Source: Gekko japonicus | Lineage: Eukaryota | Direction: 5' to 3' | Length of the DNA stretch: 64,000 bases | Assembly: GCF_001447785.1 (NCBI RefSeq) | Contig: NW_015167081.1 | Span: forward strand, 398,261 to 462,260 | Program-made: the position numbers and the translations under genes | Shown here: piece after piece, positions 29,015-43,450 of the stretch | Layout: every line of letters starts with the position of its first letter | How positions within the stretch are numbered: the stretch's first letter is position 1 | Notes under the pieces: generated by a model | Seen by the model: the letters and a program-made list of their open reading frames with translations, nothing else | Told to the model about the DNA's origin: nothing | Databases searched by the model: none

Positions 29015-29580
29015 TTAGATAAGCATATGGAGCAGAAGTCCATCAGTGGCTATTAGCCACAAGGTATAGATAGGTCAGTAGTTCAGCAGTTCGAGACCCA
29101 GGTGATGCATGATGGAGTGAGCTCCCATCTCTAGTTCCAGCTCTTGCCAACCTAGCAGTTCGAAAGCAAGAAATTGCAAGTAGATAAATAGGTACCATTT
29201 CAGTGGGAAGGTAACAGCGTTCCGTGCACCTTGGTGTTCAGTCATGCTGGCCACATGACCACGGAAACGTCTTCGGACAGCGCTGGCTCTTCGGCTTTGA
29301 AACGGAGATGAGCACCGCAACCCTAGAGTCGGATTCGACTGGCTTTCGAGCAAGGGAACCTTTACCTTTACTATAGATAGGAACTCTCAGGCTGGGGAAA
29401 GTGATGCTCTGTATTCTTGGTGCTTGGGGGGGGCACAACAGTGGGAGGGCTTCTAGTGTCCTGGCCCCACTGGTGGACCTCCTGATGGCACCTGGTATTT
29501 TTGGCCACTGTGTGACAGAGTGTTGGACTAGATGGGCCATTGGCCTGATCCAACATTGGCTTCTCTTATTTTCTTATGTA
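29015..29580 (+). mobile_element. CR1 3' end (hosts the Sauria SINE)
   Basis: Same 3'UTR as 27200-27445 on both sides of the SINE. Confidence 0.8.
29075..29371 (+). mobile_element. 5'-truncated Sauria SINE nested in a CR1 3' end
   Basis: 10-bp TSD TATAGATAGG (29065-29074 and 29372-29381). Confidence 0.9.
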
Positions 29581-29958
29581 CTGTATGCCACTTGCCAAGG
29601 GAGTCCGGGGGGGGGGGGGGGGGGGAGCTGTCAGCAGCACCAATCATTCCAAAATGGCACCATGATATAGCCTGATGCTACTATGAGAGAGGCGCCCTTT
29701 GCCTTCCCATTCTGCCAACTGTGAAAAAGTTATTCATATGGCAGAATATACTGGAGTCTCCCTGTTGGTCACCAGAAGACTAGCTATCGTATTTGTGAGC
29801 ACAGCTCAGCCAAAGTTAAGCACTTTTAAGACAGATTTCAGTTGGAGAATTAAAGCTTTAAGCACTCTAGCAGAACAAATATGACTGGGATTTGCATGGA
29901 GTATATTGGTTCCGCACAACATGTAGACTGGAAAGAGGCTGGAAGGAGAAGCAAGTTA

Positions 29959-30123
<165 letters not shown>

Positions 30124-30808
30124 CTAAACGGTGAATTTTAATATGCAGTCAGTACCATGTGCCCTACAGAGGGACACACTCCCTTCTTTTCATCTCTGCT
30201 CAACACACTATCATTAAGAATGTGTCACCAGGTACTAAAGGTTTAAGCGATCCACTGATAAATGTGCTTGGAAATCATAAACACTGAAAAACTTAGTGGA
30301 CTTCCCTTTCTTGCATCTGGTTTTAAATCCTTCAGTTAAAACACATACCCCTCCACACTCTACAGGACAGTAAGAACTAGCAACACTTCAGGAAATGCTT
30401 CAGAGCCCACCTGCTGCCTGGAGTCCATATTGACTCCACTCATGCCCTAAGTGGCCATTAAAAATCACTCAATACAAAAGTGATATAAGTGATATAAAGA
30501 TGCAATCCTGAAATCACTTCCTCTAGATTTCAGCAGCTACTCCCAGAATCATAGCCAAAGGAAAAACCAAATCCATCCTGCAACACATTACTACCATGAC
30601 AAGAATTTCTAGCTGGCAGAGAGCATCTGACAGGAGTATTAGAACTCCAGGTGGGTATTGTGATTGACTCTGCAAATCAGGCTGTGCATTGCACAATTGT
30701 TTTTAAAAAATCTCATTTCAGTGGTCATGCTTTGGACAGTGTTACATATTCCACAGTTATCATGGAAGTAAATTATTGGCCAAAAATGTATAAATGGGTA
30801 AGAACAAT

Positions 30809-31382
30809 GAGGAATTTCAGACAGACGATATAATCTGGAAGAGGAACGGTTCCCAAACGGTTTCTGGTCTGTCATTTCAGACAGAACCGTTTTATAACCG
30901 GTTCCCTACCAGAATATTTTTGTAATTTCAGACACAAACACTTCTGTCCTGTTTAGGAAACCGCTTCCAAGTAATCTTCAGTTTCCTCTTCCGGTTCCGA
31001 TACACTTTTTCCCTGCTGTTTTTTGCCAGCGCGGGTGATCTCCGGCTTTTAAAAAATGTTTGCTTTATAGCGTTATAGCGCTATAACGCTATAACAGAAC
31101 AGCAGTATATCAACCCCATTGGAATGCCTGGAGTGTTTTGTTATAGTGCTATAGCGCTATAAAGTGAAAGTTCCAAAAAAAGAGAAGAAGCCAGAGATCG
31201 CCCGTGTGGGCGAAAAACAGCGGGGAAAAAGTGGTGCAGCCTGAAATGGCAAACCGCTTCAGATCCAGCTCTTTACCGGAAGGGGAAAGCCATGTGTGAA
31301 ATGGCAGCCCTATACCGGTTTACTCCATGACGGATCAAAAAAGGCTTCAAAATGGGTTAAAAAGGGTAATGTGAAATTCCTC
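30809..31382. mobile_element. MITE with a 3-bp TSD (PIF/Harbinger-like)
   Basis: TIR GAGGAATTTCA/TGAAATTCCTC; TSD AAT on both sides; internal inverted repeats and TATAGCG palindromic arrays. Confidence 0.8.
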
Positions 31383-31757
31383 AATATTACTGCAGAATGG
31401 CAAATCACATATGAATTCTGGAGCCAAGAACAACTGTGAGCTCCTTAAAATCTGGGCAAATAGCAACCCTGAATTAATAAGATTTTATTATTTTAAAATG
31501 ATTTCTAAAAGCATATTTCTTTTTTAAAAACCCAGCTAGAAATATTTTTCTTTTCCTTACATGCCCTTTGCAAATAGGATAGAACACTGGCTCTCTGTTT
31601 GTCCATTTCACAACACTTTTGCCAGTTGCTCTTAAATTTGCAACTTTTGTCTGGGGTACAAAGTTGATGCAAATCCATGTGAACACCATTATTACCCATT
31701 TCTTAAGACAAACACTGTTGAAAATAGCATTAGCTCTGTAGCATGCTGTTGGAATCA

Positions 31758-31943
<186 letters not shown>

Positions 31944-33432
31944 TTAATCTCCATTTATGTTTCAACAACTATCAAAAGTATGATTTTAATAGCATTTTTC
32001 AAGATTTGTCTATATAACAAACCTTAGTCACAACCTTCAAGTTCATCAGCTGCTGGTTGAGATATGTAGCAGCTCTCTGGAGGAAGCACAAATATTGATT
32101 GCTCCAGGGAGTACTGTTAAGACAAGTTCACACTTGAATTTTTTTTTAACGCAGTGAGTGTAATATCAAATTGAAATCCCGTCCTCATCACTGAAACTTT
32201 GGCTTTGAGAGAAGAAATAATACATTGCCTCCTTCTTACATGCTTTCAAATCCAACTCATGCATTGGGCATGGGAAGGAAAAGCACACATACTTTCATGC
32301 TTTCCAGATCTTGGGGGAAGGACAAAGAGGAGGAGAAATGTTGAGTAGATTCAGTGCCTCTTTGATATGCTACCTCTACAAATAGGTCCCGACATATTTG
32401 GAATGCGACAAAGATTGATATAAGCTGGTTACCATGTTTTCATCATTTATATATATAAAAAAGCAAGTCATGCATGGCTTGATGTTCAAATAGGATAATC
32501 TGAACTCCCAAAAGCGTCTGCTCTTGAAAGTCGTTTTGATCAATTCACTACAAGCAACACTGTTTCTTATCTTGGCATTTTTCTCCAAACCTCTCTGCAA
32601 GGGACTGATGAAGGAAATATGGCTGAGACTCAGAGGCAGACTGAGACATAAATAGGGCCACTTCTGACAGTATTTTGGCTTGATTTTTCTTTCCCATATG
32701 TTAGTAACTGTATCAATTTAAAACTACTAGAATGCAATAAAAGATCTCAGAGGACTGAATATGGTTTTAAGAACGTTCAAGCTCCAGTTTCATATCAAAG
32801 ACCCCATTAGAAATTTAGCAAACATGAAACTGATACATCTTTAAACTGTTCTAAAAAAGGCACCCACAATTCTCAAGGTACATTCTTTGGAAACACACTG
32901 ATAAAAATCTTCCCAAGGCAGCACTAAGCAACCCCAATGCACAGCGATTCAGACTTCTGCAACTATTCCAGTACAACAGAATGGTACAAAGGTACAGCAA
33001 CTTGGGGGTAACAACACACATTCTGGGACACTTCTGCCTCTGCAGCTCCTGACCATAATTACAGCATACTGTTTAACTTGGGAAGCAAAGCACACACCTG
33101 TTCCCTTTTTGCTACCCCCAAGGCCTGTTCAGTAGCTCCCTGTAAAGAAACAAATCAGCCCATTATCTTGAGCTTCATGGCAGCTGGCAGGGCAGATTTT
33201 GCAACTACATACCTCATAAATTTAGTCATATCTGACATGTACACATATTAAGCTAATTAAAATTTTACTGTGCTCACTGTCAAGTACTGGTGTTACCTGA
33301 ATAAGGATTGACAATTGGAATGAGCCCCTGGAAAGAAATATGCAGTACAAACTTTAAGCTTCTTTTCAGAGCCGAGAGATTTCCCCCCCATAAGATTGCA
33401 GACTGAAGTATTGCACAATAGAAAAGAAATAC

Positions 33433-33485
33433 CTGTTTCAGCCATTTCGTGCAAAGTCATCATTGAATAAGGAGGTTCCTGGTCA
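33433..33485 (-). CDS. RSPRY1: RSPRY1 coding exon 2 (DQEPPYSMMTLHEMAET)
   Basis: Peptide match; TTTTCCAG acceptor, G|GTATTT donor; 53 nt, phases fit neighbours. Confidence 0.95.
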
Positions 33486-34069
33486 CTGGAAAAAAAAGTT
33501 AATATATGCCTGTCAGCAAACACTGAATTAAGCAGAGAATGATTCAGACCCAGAGGTTCCCCAAGAACTGCATCTATGATGGGAAAGATTCATTGTCCAG
33601 GGCAGACCAAACAGAAGCTCTGGTGGGAGCAAAATGGAATATTGCCACTGGAAGCAGTCCAGAGAGTTAACTATATTTGTCCCATCAAACCCCAGTAGAA
33701 CAGAAATCCCCTAAAATGCAATCCAGGGACCCACCAAGTGAGTATGTGCCTGAAAGATTTGCTCATCACCCTTTGGACAAGCTACAAATAGCATTTTATA
33801 CACTGGAAAATACAACAGCTTTCTTGGCAATGCAGAGTCTGCTGAAGAAAAAGGAAACCAAAGCACCTGACATTTTGCAAAACCTCTTACTGCACACAGT
33901 GGGGATTCTCTAGATTAAAGCCACAATCAGCATTATAAACTAAATACAGTTCAGGGACCAGAGACACTAATTTTTTTAACATCTTGAGGAACAGTGAAAC
34001 ATGATTGTGTTTGTATGAAGGATAAAGGCAAGGAGGGACTACATCTAAAGTCTAAAAATGTATAAAGTA

Positions 34070-34305
34070 GCGTCGGAGTCTCAGAGCGGTTTACAAACTC
34101 CTTTCCCTTCCCCTCCCCACAACAGACACCCTGTGAGGTAGGCGGGGCTGAAAGAGCTCTGATAGAAACTGCTCTTTTTGAAGAGCACCTCTGATAGAAC
34201 TATGGCTTGCCCAAGGTCATCCAGCAGGTGCAAGTGGAGGAGTGGGGAATCAAATTCGGTTCTCCCAGATTAGAGTCCGTGCACAACCACTTAACCAAAC
34301 TGGCT
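34070..34305 (-). mobile_element. Squam3 SINE
   Basis: Reverse complement of the 905-1200 family. Confidence 0.85.
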
Positions 34306-34419
34306 CAGGAAGAAGGAAGAAGTTTACTGCTCAATACAAATAGCAAATTATGTTATAACCTGGCCCAAGTCCAACTGCCAAACAACAAAATCCACACCTA
34401 GATTCCAGAAATGAAGAAA

Positions 34420-34900
34420 GCATACATATGGGCATTTGTGGATTCTGCAAATGGGCAAAATCAACAACTGCATGTACACATATTTTCTCTGTTGTGGCTC
34501 CCACCTTGTGGAATGGCCTGCCCGAGGAGTTAAGGAAAGCTCCCAGTCTCTTGGCCTTCCGTGAACTTTGCAAGACTGAACTATTAAAGAGAACTATTTT
34601 CTGCACAGGTAATAGGGTTGCATTGTACAAAAGGGCTCACAAATTTACTTGGATAAATGATTGAGACTGTGGTCTATACTGCTGCGTACAGCTTACTGTT
34701 AAGTAGGATCCAATTATGTAATTTCTGCAGCACTTAATGTACCATATTAATACTTATGCTATGCTTCAGTTCTTTCTGGTGGTTCCAGACTTCTAAAACC
34801 CTAATGCTCTGATTACTGAATGTCCCATTTTTGTTGATTGTGTAACGTGCCTTGAGTCCCTGTGAGAAAGGTGAACTATAAGTAACAGAAATAATAAAAA
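34420..34900 (+). mobile_element. L2 LINE 3' end
   Basis: FSVVAPTLWNGLPEELRKAPSLLAFRELCKTEL (L2 ORF2 C-terminus), then CCTTGAGTCCCTGTGAGAAAGG tail. Confidence 0.75.
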
Positions 34901-35087
34901 TACTCTACATGGAATAATTCTTGAAGCTAAGGGCAGCCTTGTACCTCACAATAAGCATGGAACTGCTGCTGTTTTGAGTGTCTTCCCCACACCTTCCCAC
35001 CCCCCAACATCTAATACAAATTACTTTATGGCCTATCATCACCATAAAAGGGAGGGGGGGGGAATTGGGCTACACCCAGCAATGTAC

Positions 35088-35275
35088 CAGCAAACAAAAA
35101 AGGAAAAAAAAGATATCAGATGACAGCTTTATTGTCACACAAAGCTGCTATGCATTTCACCATTACTGTGGAAAGTTTCAGCACTAGGTGAATTCTGACA
35201 AATGGCAAAATAAGTAAGGGCTTCGTATGACAATAAAGCTGTCACGTGGCATTCTTTTTCCTTCTTGGTTTGCTA
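35088..35275. repeat. Imperfect ~55-bp inverted repeat (old MITE-like hairpin)
   Basis: AGCAAAC...TGACAGCTTTATTGTCA versus TGACAATAAAGCTGTCA...GTTTGCT. Confidence 0.8.
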
Positions 35276-35664
35276 TCATCATCATACCATGCGTTTTCCC
35301 ATCTCCAAGGCAGCATGGAAGTGATGGAATGGGGCAGAGACATATACAATGAAAGGACACAGGCTAAGTTGTACTAGATGTTGGGGGAAGGAGGGCTTGA
35401 CAGTGGGCATTCATTTTTAGTGGTAGCCTTGTGCTCAATGTAATATATATTTCCACCTTAATGTAATATACATGAAACAGATTTCTTTTCTCCATTTGGA
35501 TATCATATCTATTTCCATCTTAACACATGTACTCTCTGGGAGAAACCATTTAATAGAAAGTCCAGAAACCCCATGCCTAGAAATCCAGATTTCAACATCC
35601 ATTTAACAGTACAAGTGCGGAGACAAAGAAAAAAAAATGATGACTTAATCAGACCCACTAGAGT

Positions 35665-35787
35665 ATAGAATCATAGAGCTGGAAGGCCCATAGAGGCCAT
35701 CTAATCCAACCCCCTGATCAATGCAGGATCAGCCTAAGGTATCCCAGACAAGTGTTCATCCAGCTACTGCTTGAACACTGCCAGTAG
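35665..35787 (-). mobile_element. CR1 3' terminal fragment
   Basis: ATAGAATCATAGAGCTGGAAGG...CATCTAATCCAACCCCCTG is the reverse complement of a CR1 (ATTCTATG) tail. Confidence 0.7.
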
Positions 35788-37985
35788 GATTGTTATGTCA
35801 GTACTATCTGTTATGAAAAGGCAGAAACAGGGTGTGGGAATTGACCACAGAGGTCCTGGCCCACCTTGTGCAGATGTGCATCCTACGTAGTTACAAAGGT
35901 GGTGGTAATGAGAGAGGGAAGGCACAGAACCGGGGTCAGCCTAGTGTGGCCCAGACCTTCCTTGCACTAAATATCCCACTGGAAACTGAATTGCAGCCAC
36001 ACAGTAACTTGAGAAATGCTGAATGACAGAGGGCAAAGTCACAGAATATCTAAAAAACCACATGGAGAAAAGAAATCTGTTTAACATATAGCAGCTAACT
36101 TGAGCAACACCCCCCCACACACCAAGACATCCAGTATAATAACTCTGCTTGATACCCAAATTTGATACCTGCTTTAATATTAACATTTGTTAATAGTTTG
36201 CTCTGTAGCTGAGAATTCTATAGAACACTTTAACTAGCAGTTCACTTAAGAGCAGTCTCCTTGCATGCCCAGGGGAGGATATATCTCTTGAAATTTTTAG
36301 GAGGTGCTGCAAAGTTGTTTTATTTGCTAGGACTTTTAATGAGGTATTCACTGCAGATATTGTTTTATTATGTATGTTTTAAATGGTGATTTGTAAGCTG
36401 CCTTGAGCCACAAGGAAAGGCAGGATATAAACGTTTTAATAAGTAGAATAAAGTACCCATTGTGCAGTTCACATAAGAAATGTGATGTGATATAGTGCAG
36501 AGAGAACCTGACAGGATCCGGGGGGGGGGGGGGGGGAGCTGGTGGATTCATCTACCTGCTCAGTCATGAAGTTGGGTAGATAATCTTGGAATACTTGCTG
36601 GCTCTTAGCTTAACCCACCTCTCAAGGTTGTTGTGAGGATTCAAAGGAGTAACCCTCTTAAATGCTGCTTTGAGCTGTGTGGAGGAATGGTGGGAGATAT
36701 GCAGGTACATATCTGTAAGTTAAGATACTGCTTGATGATGCAGCAATAAACTGAGAGCGCTGGAGATAAAGGCTTGGATCTTTATCTCTTTTTCTGCTCA
36801 AGGAGGAAGGAGTGTAATTTTCAGAGAGGTCACTCTCCCACTTTGTCCCACACTTCCCAGAGGGGCAGTCCTCAGATCCACCCTGAAGTAACCAGTTCTG
36901 TCCTCTTAGACAGAAATAATGGTGCTGACTATCCTCTTTTACACCCTTCACACTGCCTTGTTCTAGGCAAGTAGAGTTGGCCACTAATTTTCTTCAATGC
37001 ATGAACACACATGCATGTGTGCACACAAACAGAGAAATAGAACTAGTTTACTCCCAGGCCATGCAAAGAACACAGAAGTACTGTACTAACTGTGTTAACT
37101 GGAATAAGCGACCACTACCTTGAGAAGGCAGGTGCGAATGCATAATTAACCTTTCATTTTGCCCAAAAGAGCTACATCATTCAGACGCTTGCCAAGAGAA
37201 TCCTGCTCCTTGCCAAAAAAAGCATGAAAGACCTAGAGCTGGCAAGCGACAGAGAATCAAATGATCACCTAACACTAAGAAGAACATTTTGCAAGTGGTA
37301 GAGATGGGCAGATGATTAAGTCCACAGCAAACTGTCAACACCCCTGCCACGAGTAAGATACAAAGACATCAAAAGTGACAAAGAGAAGCAACTATTTTAA
37401 TTATGAAAGAAAATACTAAAGATTCAGTGTAACCATGATTGTAAGGAGGTGTAGCTTTCAGCATATAAATGGGGGGGGGGAGATTCGGAATACATTAGCT
37501 GTTGTGTTCTTTGGAAGGAAGGGCTCAGGGCTCACATTCTTCCTCTCAATCTCTTATTGTGCCCACTTCCCTCTCTTCACATTACTATTTTAATAGCACA
37601 GAAACCACTGAGTTCATTTTCAAATTCTCTAGAACAAGCATCATTTTAATAGGCAAAAACTAATCAGGTGTGCAGATTTTTTAAAATCTCAAATAAGTCA
37701 AGAATTTTGTTTTAAAAAACTCAAGCTTCCCCAACACTACTGAACTAGAATGAAGGCAAGCAAGTCACCAGGAACACAAAAATCCAATACAGACATACAG
37801 ATGGGTATGTGGTACAGCCCTACACCATTAGAGAACACACACAGGGAATCAGCCTGATGTTAAAGTCTCTGGGTGGAAAAGGTTTTCTAGGAGGAAGACA
37901 AAAGGATTGTACCTGTGCGTGCCTACATATTTGAAATGGACTTTAATCTCATGTCTAGGAAGGAGGAGACTAAAGCCAACGTAAA

Positions 37986-38087
37986 TTTATTTGATAGCAA
38001 GTCCCACTTAATTCAATGCTATTTACTCCCACGACGCAGGTTTATTTGATAGCAAGTCCCACTTAATTCAATGCTATTTACTCCCAC
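37986..38087. repeat. 47-bp perfect direct repeat with an 8-bp spacer
   Basis: TTTATTTGATAGCAAGTCCCACTTAATTCAATGCTATTTACTCCCAC twice, separated by GACGCAGG. Confidence 0.95.
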
Positions 38088-38903
38088 TAAGTACCGGTAT
38101 GTATAGGACAGCAACCTAAAGTAAAGAGGAAACAAGCCCCTGCACAAAAACACTAAGTCTGCAAAAGTCTGAGGATTTCTCTTTAGCCCCCAAGACTGTC
38201 CGTCAACTGCATAAGTGTGAGGGGAGTGGGGTTTACAGCTTGCTCTTCTGCCTCTGTAGAGGCATATTCAAAACCCAAGTTCAGAAAGCAGTCAGGGAAG
38301 TCTCTTGCCCAGAAACGGTCTCCTTAGCATATGCCATCTAATCTTACAATCTGGTGAGCCACTGCCAGAACAGCGAGGACTGAGTTTACATTCATCAGTT
38401 AACTGACTCCAGCCCCTGCAGTATTTCCTAACAGAAGGCACCTGAATCATCTCGCTGAGATACACTTATATGCACTTTTTGAGCCTGACCAAACCACAGA
38501 AATCTCAATGGGAAGTAAAGAATGTGGAAGGGTTTTGCCATTTGGCACTGCCCTCACAACAGGAGTAAGGCACTGCAGTGAGTCCACCTCAAAAGAATTT
38601 GACTCTTTGAGTTATGGGACCAAGTCAAATTTCAATGAAATGAAAGATGGGTTCAGAAGCAAGCTGCTCAGGAAGTATTCAAGTATAAAGATGAGAACAG
38701 AAGCAGAGAATCCGTCCCGAAAAGCCAGAGGGTTTTCCAGTTCTGGCACAAAGTTGTGCCTGTTTATGCTTCCATGGAAATTATTTCCACAGCATGCCTG
38801 GAGAAGGGGCCATTACATCACAGCCACCATTAACCAGCAGCATAGGGGTCTGTAAGGGAAATAGAGTTCATCCCTTGCAATTTTGATCTTCAGGAAATAC
38901 TTA

Positions 38904-39367
<464 letters not shown>

Positions 39368-40279
39368 TGGAGATACACATTGGATATTCAAAAAAAGGCC
39401 TGCAGGGAAAGAAAAAAATATCTTAACAATAACATCTAGATTTAAATTGCACTATAATGCAAACAAGCTCTTCTCCAAGCAACAGAATAATTTTAGGCAT
39501 GGATTTCTTCAGAGGCCCTTAATAGCAAGTCTACCTAGAACCAATCTACTATCTGGCCCTGCAGTATATCCTGCCCAGTTATCCCAAAGTTTCCCTAATA
39601 TCCCAGCTTTTACATTGCCATTATGTATTCCATTTATAAACTTTGCAAGCAGGTATCCAGAGCTCCATGAAGATCTTTCCAGCTGCGTTCTCCTCACATC
39701 CACCCCTAATCTGAAACTTTCCAATAAATTATAAAGGTCCGGCCTCAAAATTATGTGATCTGTCTAACATGTGTGGACTCTGCTTTAAACTAGCGTTTGA
39801 ATGTGGGGTGTCTTGAGAGAATTAGGCAGTCAAGTACTTTCTGCTTTCCTTTTACATCCAAGGGAGGCTTCATTCACAGTGTGGATCCAGAAGGAGCTGC
39901 AAGGGGGTACAGTCATGAGGTTTGGGTAGAGCCAGGCCTGTTTTTAGGACTAGGAAAATATTTCAAGTTTCCAGGTACCAGCACCAGATGTCTGAGTAAC
40001 CAGACACTCAAATATTTTCCTTTCCTCGTGGGGCTAATTTTCTTCAGTTCTTTCTCCTCCTATGGTTTTAAAACAGGCATTGCTTGCCTCTTCTGTAACT
40101 AGAAACAGCTTTCAAAATTAAAACAAGCAAATCACCCACCCACCCTGAGGGTGCCAGAAAAATTCACAAAAAAATATTTTGGAAATTTTGGGGAACACTG
40201 TAGAAAACCTGCTAAGAAATATTTTTCCTTTGGAATGAACAGCTTCTTAACACAAGATTTTATTCACTCAAAAGAAAGA

Positions 40280-40848
40280 TTTTAATGTAGAACAACCAGG
40301 ATAATTAGGGGACTGGAGCACCTTATCTGTGAGGAAAGGCTGAAGACTCTTTTAGAAAATAGATTTCTAAGGGGGGGACATGATAGAGGTTTATAAAATG
40401 ACGCATGAGGTGGAGAGAATCGACAAAGATTTTCTTTTTCTCCCTCTCGCAAAATACTAGAACTTGAGGGCATCCAATGAAACTGATGGACAGTAGGTTC
40501 AGAACAGACATAGGAAATACTACTTTACACAGAGAGTGATTAAAATGTGAAATTCACTGTCAGAAGATGTAGTGATGATGGCTGCATAAATAAATAGCTT
40601 TTAAAGGGGATTAGATAGATTCATGAATGACGAGTGGTGACTGAGGGGAACATCCACTTTCAAGGGCACTAAGCCTCTGAATTCCAGAGCTAGGAGGCAA
40701 CATCAGGGCCTCTATGCCTTAATGTTGGCCGTCCAGAGGAACTGGCTGGCCACTGTGTAAGACAGGAGCAGGATGCTAGACTAGTTGGACTACTGGTCTG
40801 ATCCAGCACAGGATGCTGGACTAGATGGACTACTTCTTATGTTCTTAA
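40280..40848 (+). mobile_element. CR1 LINE 3' fragment
   Basis: LEHL..EERLK, GDMIEVYK, CTTATGTTCTTA tail; ~40-bp duplication near the 3' end. Confidence 0.8.
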
Positions 40849-43280
40849 CAATCCACAGTATTACAGAATGACAATTCTTACATATACTGTAAAACTTACA
40901 TGTTTGAGGATGAATCTATTGTTTAAATGCAATGAATACAATCCACTATTAATATACAATGTGTATGATGACTATACTGCTGAAGAATTTAGTTTCTAAT
41001 GTTATAAAGTGTAGCCTGATACCCAAAGCTCACTGATAGTCCAAGGCAACCAGAACTGTGAAATTGAGCTGTTTGCCATAAAACTTAAGCAACAACTAGT
41101 CATCTTGAGTCCATTTGTGAGGCAAGTCACAGCTCACCACATGAATTGTCCACCCATGAGACAGTGATGCAAGTCTAGAAGAGCTACTATTCCATCCACT
41201 TTTCTAAACTGGTGCATGCCATACCAAGAGTGTGTGCCAAGAGTGTGTGATTACATATAGTTACCAGTTTTTATCATTATCATGCAGCACGAGCTAGCAA
41301 TATCAAGGTTCTTGCCACAGGATCATGAGGGGGTCTTATTGTGATCCTCAGCATGCCAAGTTTTTTCTGAAAATGAAGTTGCATACAAGCTGAAGAAGGC
41401 AAAGATAAGAAAACCACAAGCCCTTAACTGTCATGTCCTGATAATCGTCGTAGGAGTTTCTCATGCTCTTCCACACATACATACACATAGGGCAAGCACT
41501 CAAAATATTCCAAAGCATTTTTTGGCTGAACTGTAAATTTGGCAGTAAACACGGCTCGGGAAAGTAGCCTGCCATTTCACTAAGGCAAATGGGAGGGGGA
41601 GAGAATAATTTCAGGGGAGAAGCAGTCTGTGTATCCCTTCATTCCCTCGTGCTACTTTTTCTTCTGCTCCCCCCAAATCTGGGATTTCAAGACACCTGTT
41701 TGCTACAGCAGAAAGCAAAGCAGCTACAGAGAAGGTTAAGCACACACATAACTGCCCACTTCTCCCCTACAAGAAATGGAAGCCCCAGTCTCCAGATCCA
41801 TGTTTGTGACTGCCTTGAAAAGTGATATCTGCAATTGCAGCAGCTGACTAGCACATCTGTTTAAAGAGGAGCAACATAGCACTAGGCAGTGGTTTTCAGC
41901 CTTTTTGGTGTGGTGACCCACAAATCCAAATTTACTTGTTATGGTGAACCATTTAAAAACAAAAGTATGCGCAGATCCATCAAACTGCAAAAGTCCTGGG
42001 CAACTCACTTTTAGGTTTGGTACCCACAGGTTGGAAAATGCCTGCACAGAGCAACCTGGCGGCAACATTGTGTTTCCAGTATCACAAGTGAATCAGTGTT
42101 TGTACTGACTGGCCAAAGGACGATGGACCAGCAATTCCCCCTCCATTACCCCCCTGTGTCAATACAAGGCAAGAGGGCTGCTCGTATGTTAGGAAAGTCA
42201 AGAAACCCCAACCTTTATGAGAAATTTCCCAGCCTGAACGTTCAAGCTGTGAGGATTTTTCAAGGGTTGCTATTAAAGCATGCAAATTCGACCAAGTCAT
42301 GCAAAACAAGTACATAAACACTAGTTTGTCTTATTCTCCTGAGCTGACACAGCAGGCAAGTCACTTGGGTCAGATTCCGGTGAGGTAGACTATCATCAGA
42401 CCAGGCCTCACCCAATATTCTGCTGCCAGACTTTTCTTCCCTTGCACAGCCCATGTGTCGATAAGAGGAACACAGATCTTATAAAGGGCTAAAAGTGATT
42501 AAAATGGTCTTGCTGTGGCTGGTTCTGCAACTCAGGGAGCCACAAGGGCTCCAGCTACCAAGCACCCGTTCCATGTATATATATATATTTTTAGCAATAT
42601 GTTTGCATCAGACTCAAATTCTTCAAGCAAGAGTTCCACTTCTGAGACTCCAGAAAGAATACTGCAAACACCCTATGATCTTTTGACACCCAAACACTGC
42701 CACTTTTCTAACTATAAAGAAGACATAATTTCTATGGGCCAAAGCAATGAAAAGATCTGGTAAAGAACTATTTTTAACAAAGATTCAATCTAACTAGGTT
42801 GTCGTATTTGTGCTAAAACTGAGTACTTAGATTTGGCGGATAAATAGCTTTAAATTACTGCTTGGTCCCTTGCTCTGCTATTTCAGGACATGCAAGGGAA
42901 AAATGCATACAGCAAGCACAACTGCAAGCATGACTATTTTCCAGTGATGCAAGCCAAACTTTTTTTTCTGTTAACCTGTGAGGCAACCAGCATAAACAAG
43001 CCAAATGGCTATGGTAAAATGAATCTAGTGGCTTCAGCAGAATCCTAGACACAGTGCCACTGGGAGGGTGGGGGAAATCACAAGAAAGGAGAAATCCCAC
43101 TGGTACTTTTAAAGGCACCTTTGGGACTTCTTCACTGGCAACTCCCCATCCAGTCCAATGACCTCTGCTTCCCTGCTCTGATGGATGCTTATCCCAACCT
43201 TCTTTTCTAATTACTAATTACAAGAGAACATCTGTGTTTTTTTTAAAAAACCAAAATCAAACCACCAGTAACCTTGCAAG

Positions 43281-43450
43281 AGAATCCAGCATGCACATTT
43301 AAGCTGGACAATTCTGCAGAATATGCATGTGAAAATTCAAACCATAAAGCAGAGGTGGTCAGCCAGAATCCAGCATGCACATCTAAGCTGGACAATTCTC
43401 CTGCAGAATATGCATGTGCGAATTCAAACCATAAAGCAGAGGTGGTCAGC
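43281..43450. repeat. ~83-bp tandem duplication (2 copies)
   Basis: AGAATCCAGCATGCACAT.TAAGCTGGACAATTCT...AATTCAAACCATAAAGCAGAGGTGGTCAGC occurs twice. Confidence 0.95.

Noticed and set aside
37986-38087. Repeat-spacer-repeat resembling CRISPR
   Set aside because: Two units, an 8-bp spacer, vertebrate intron, no cas genes.
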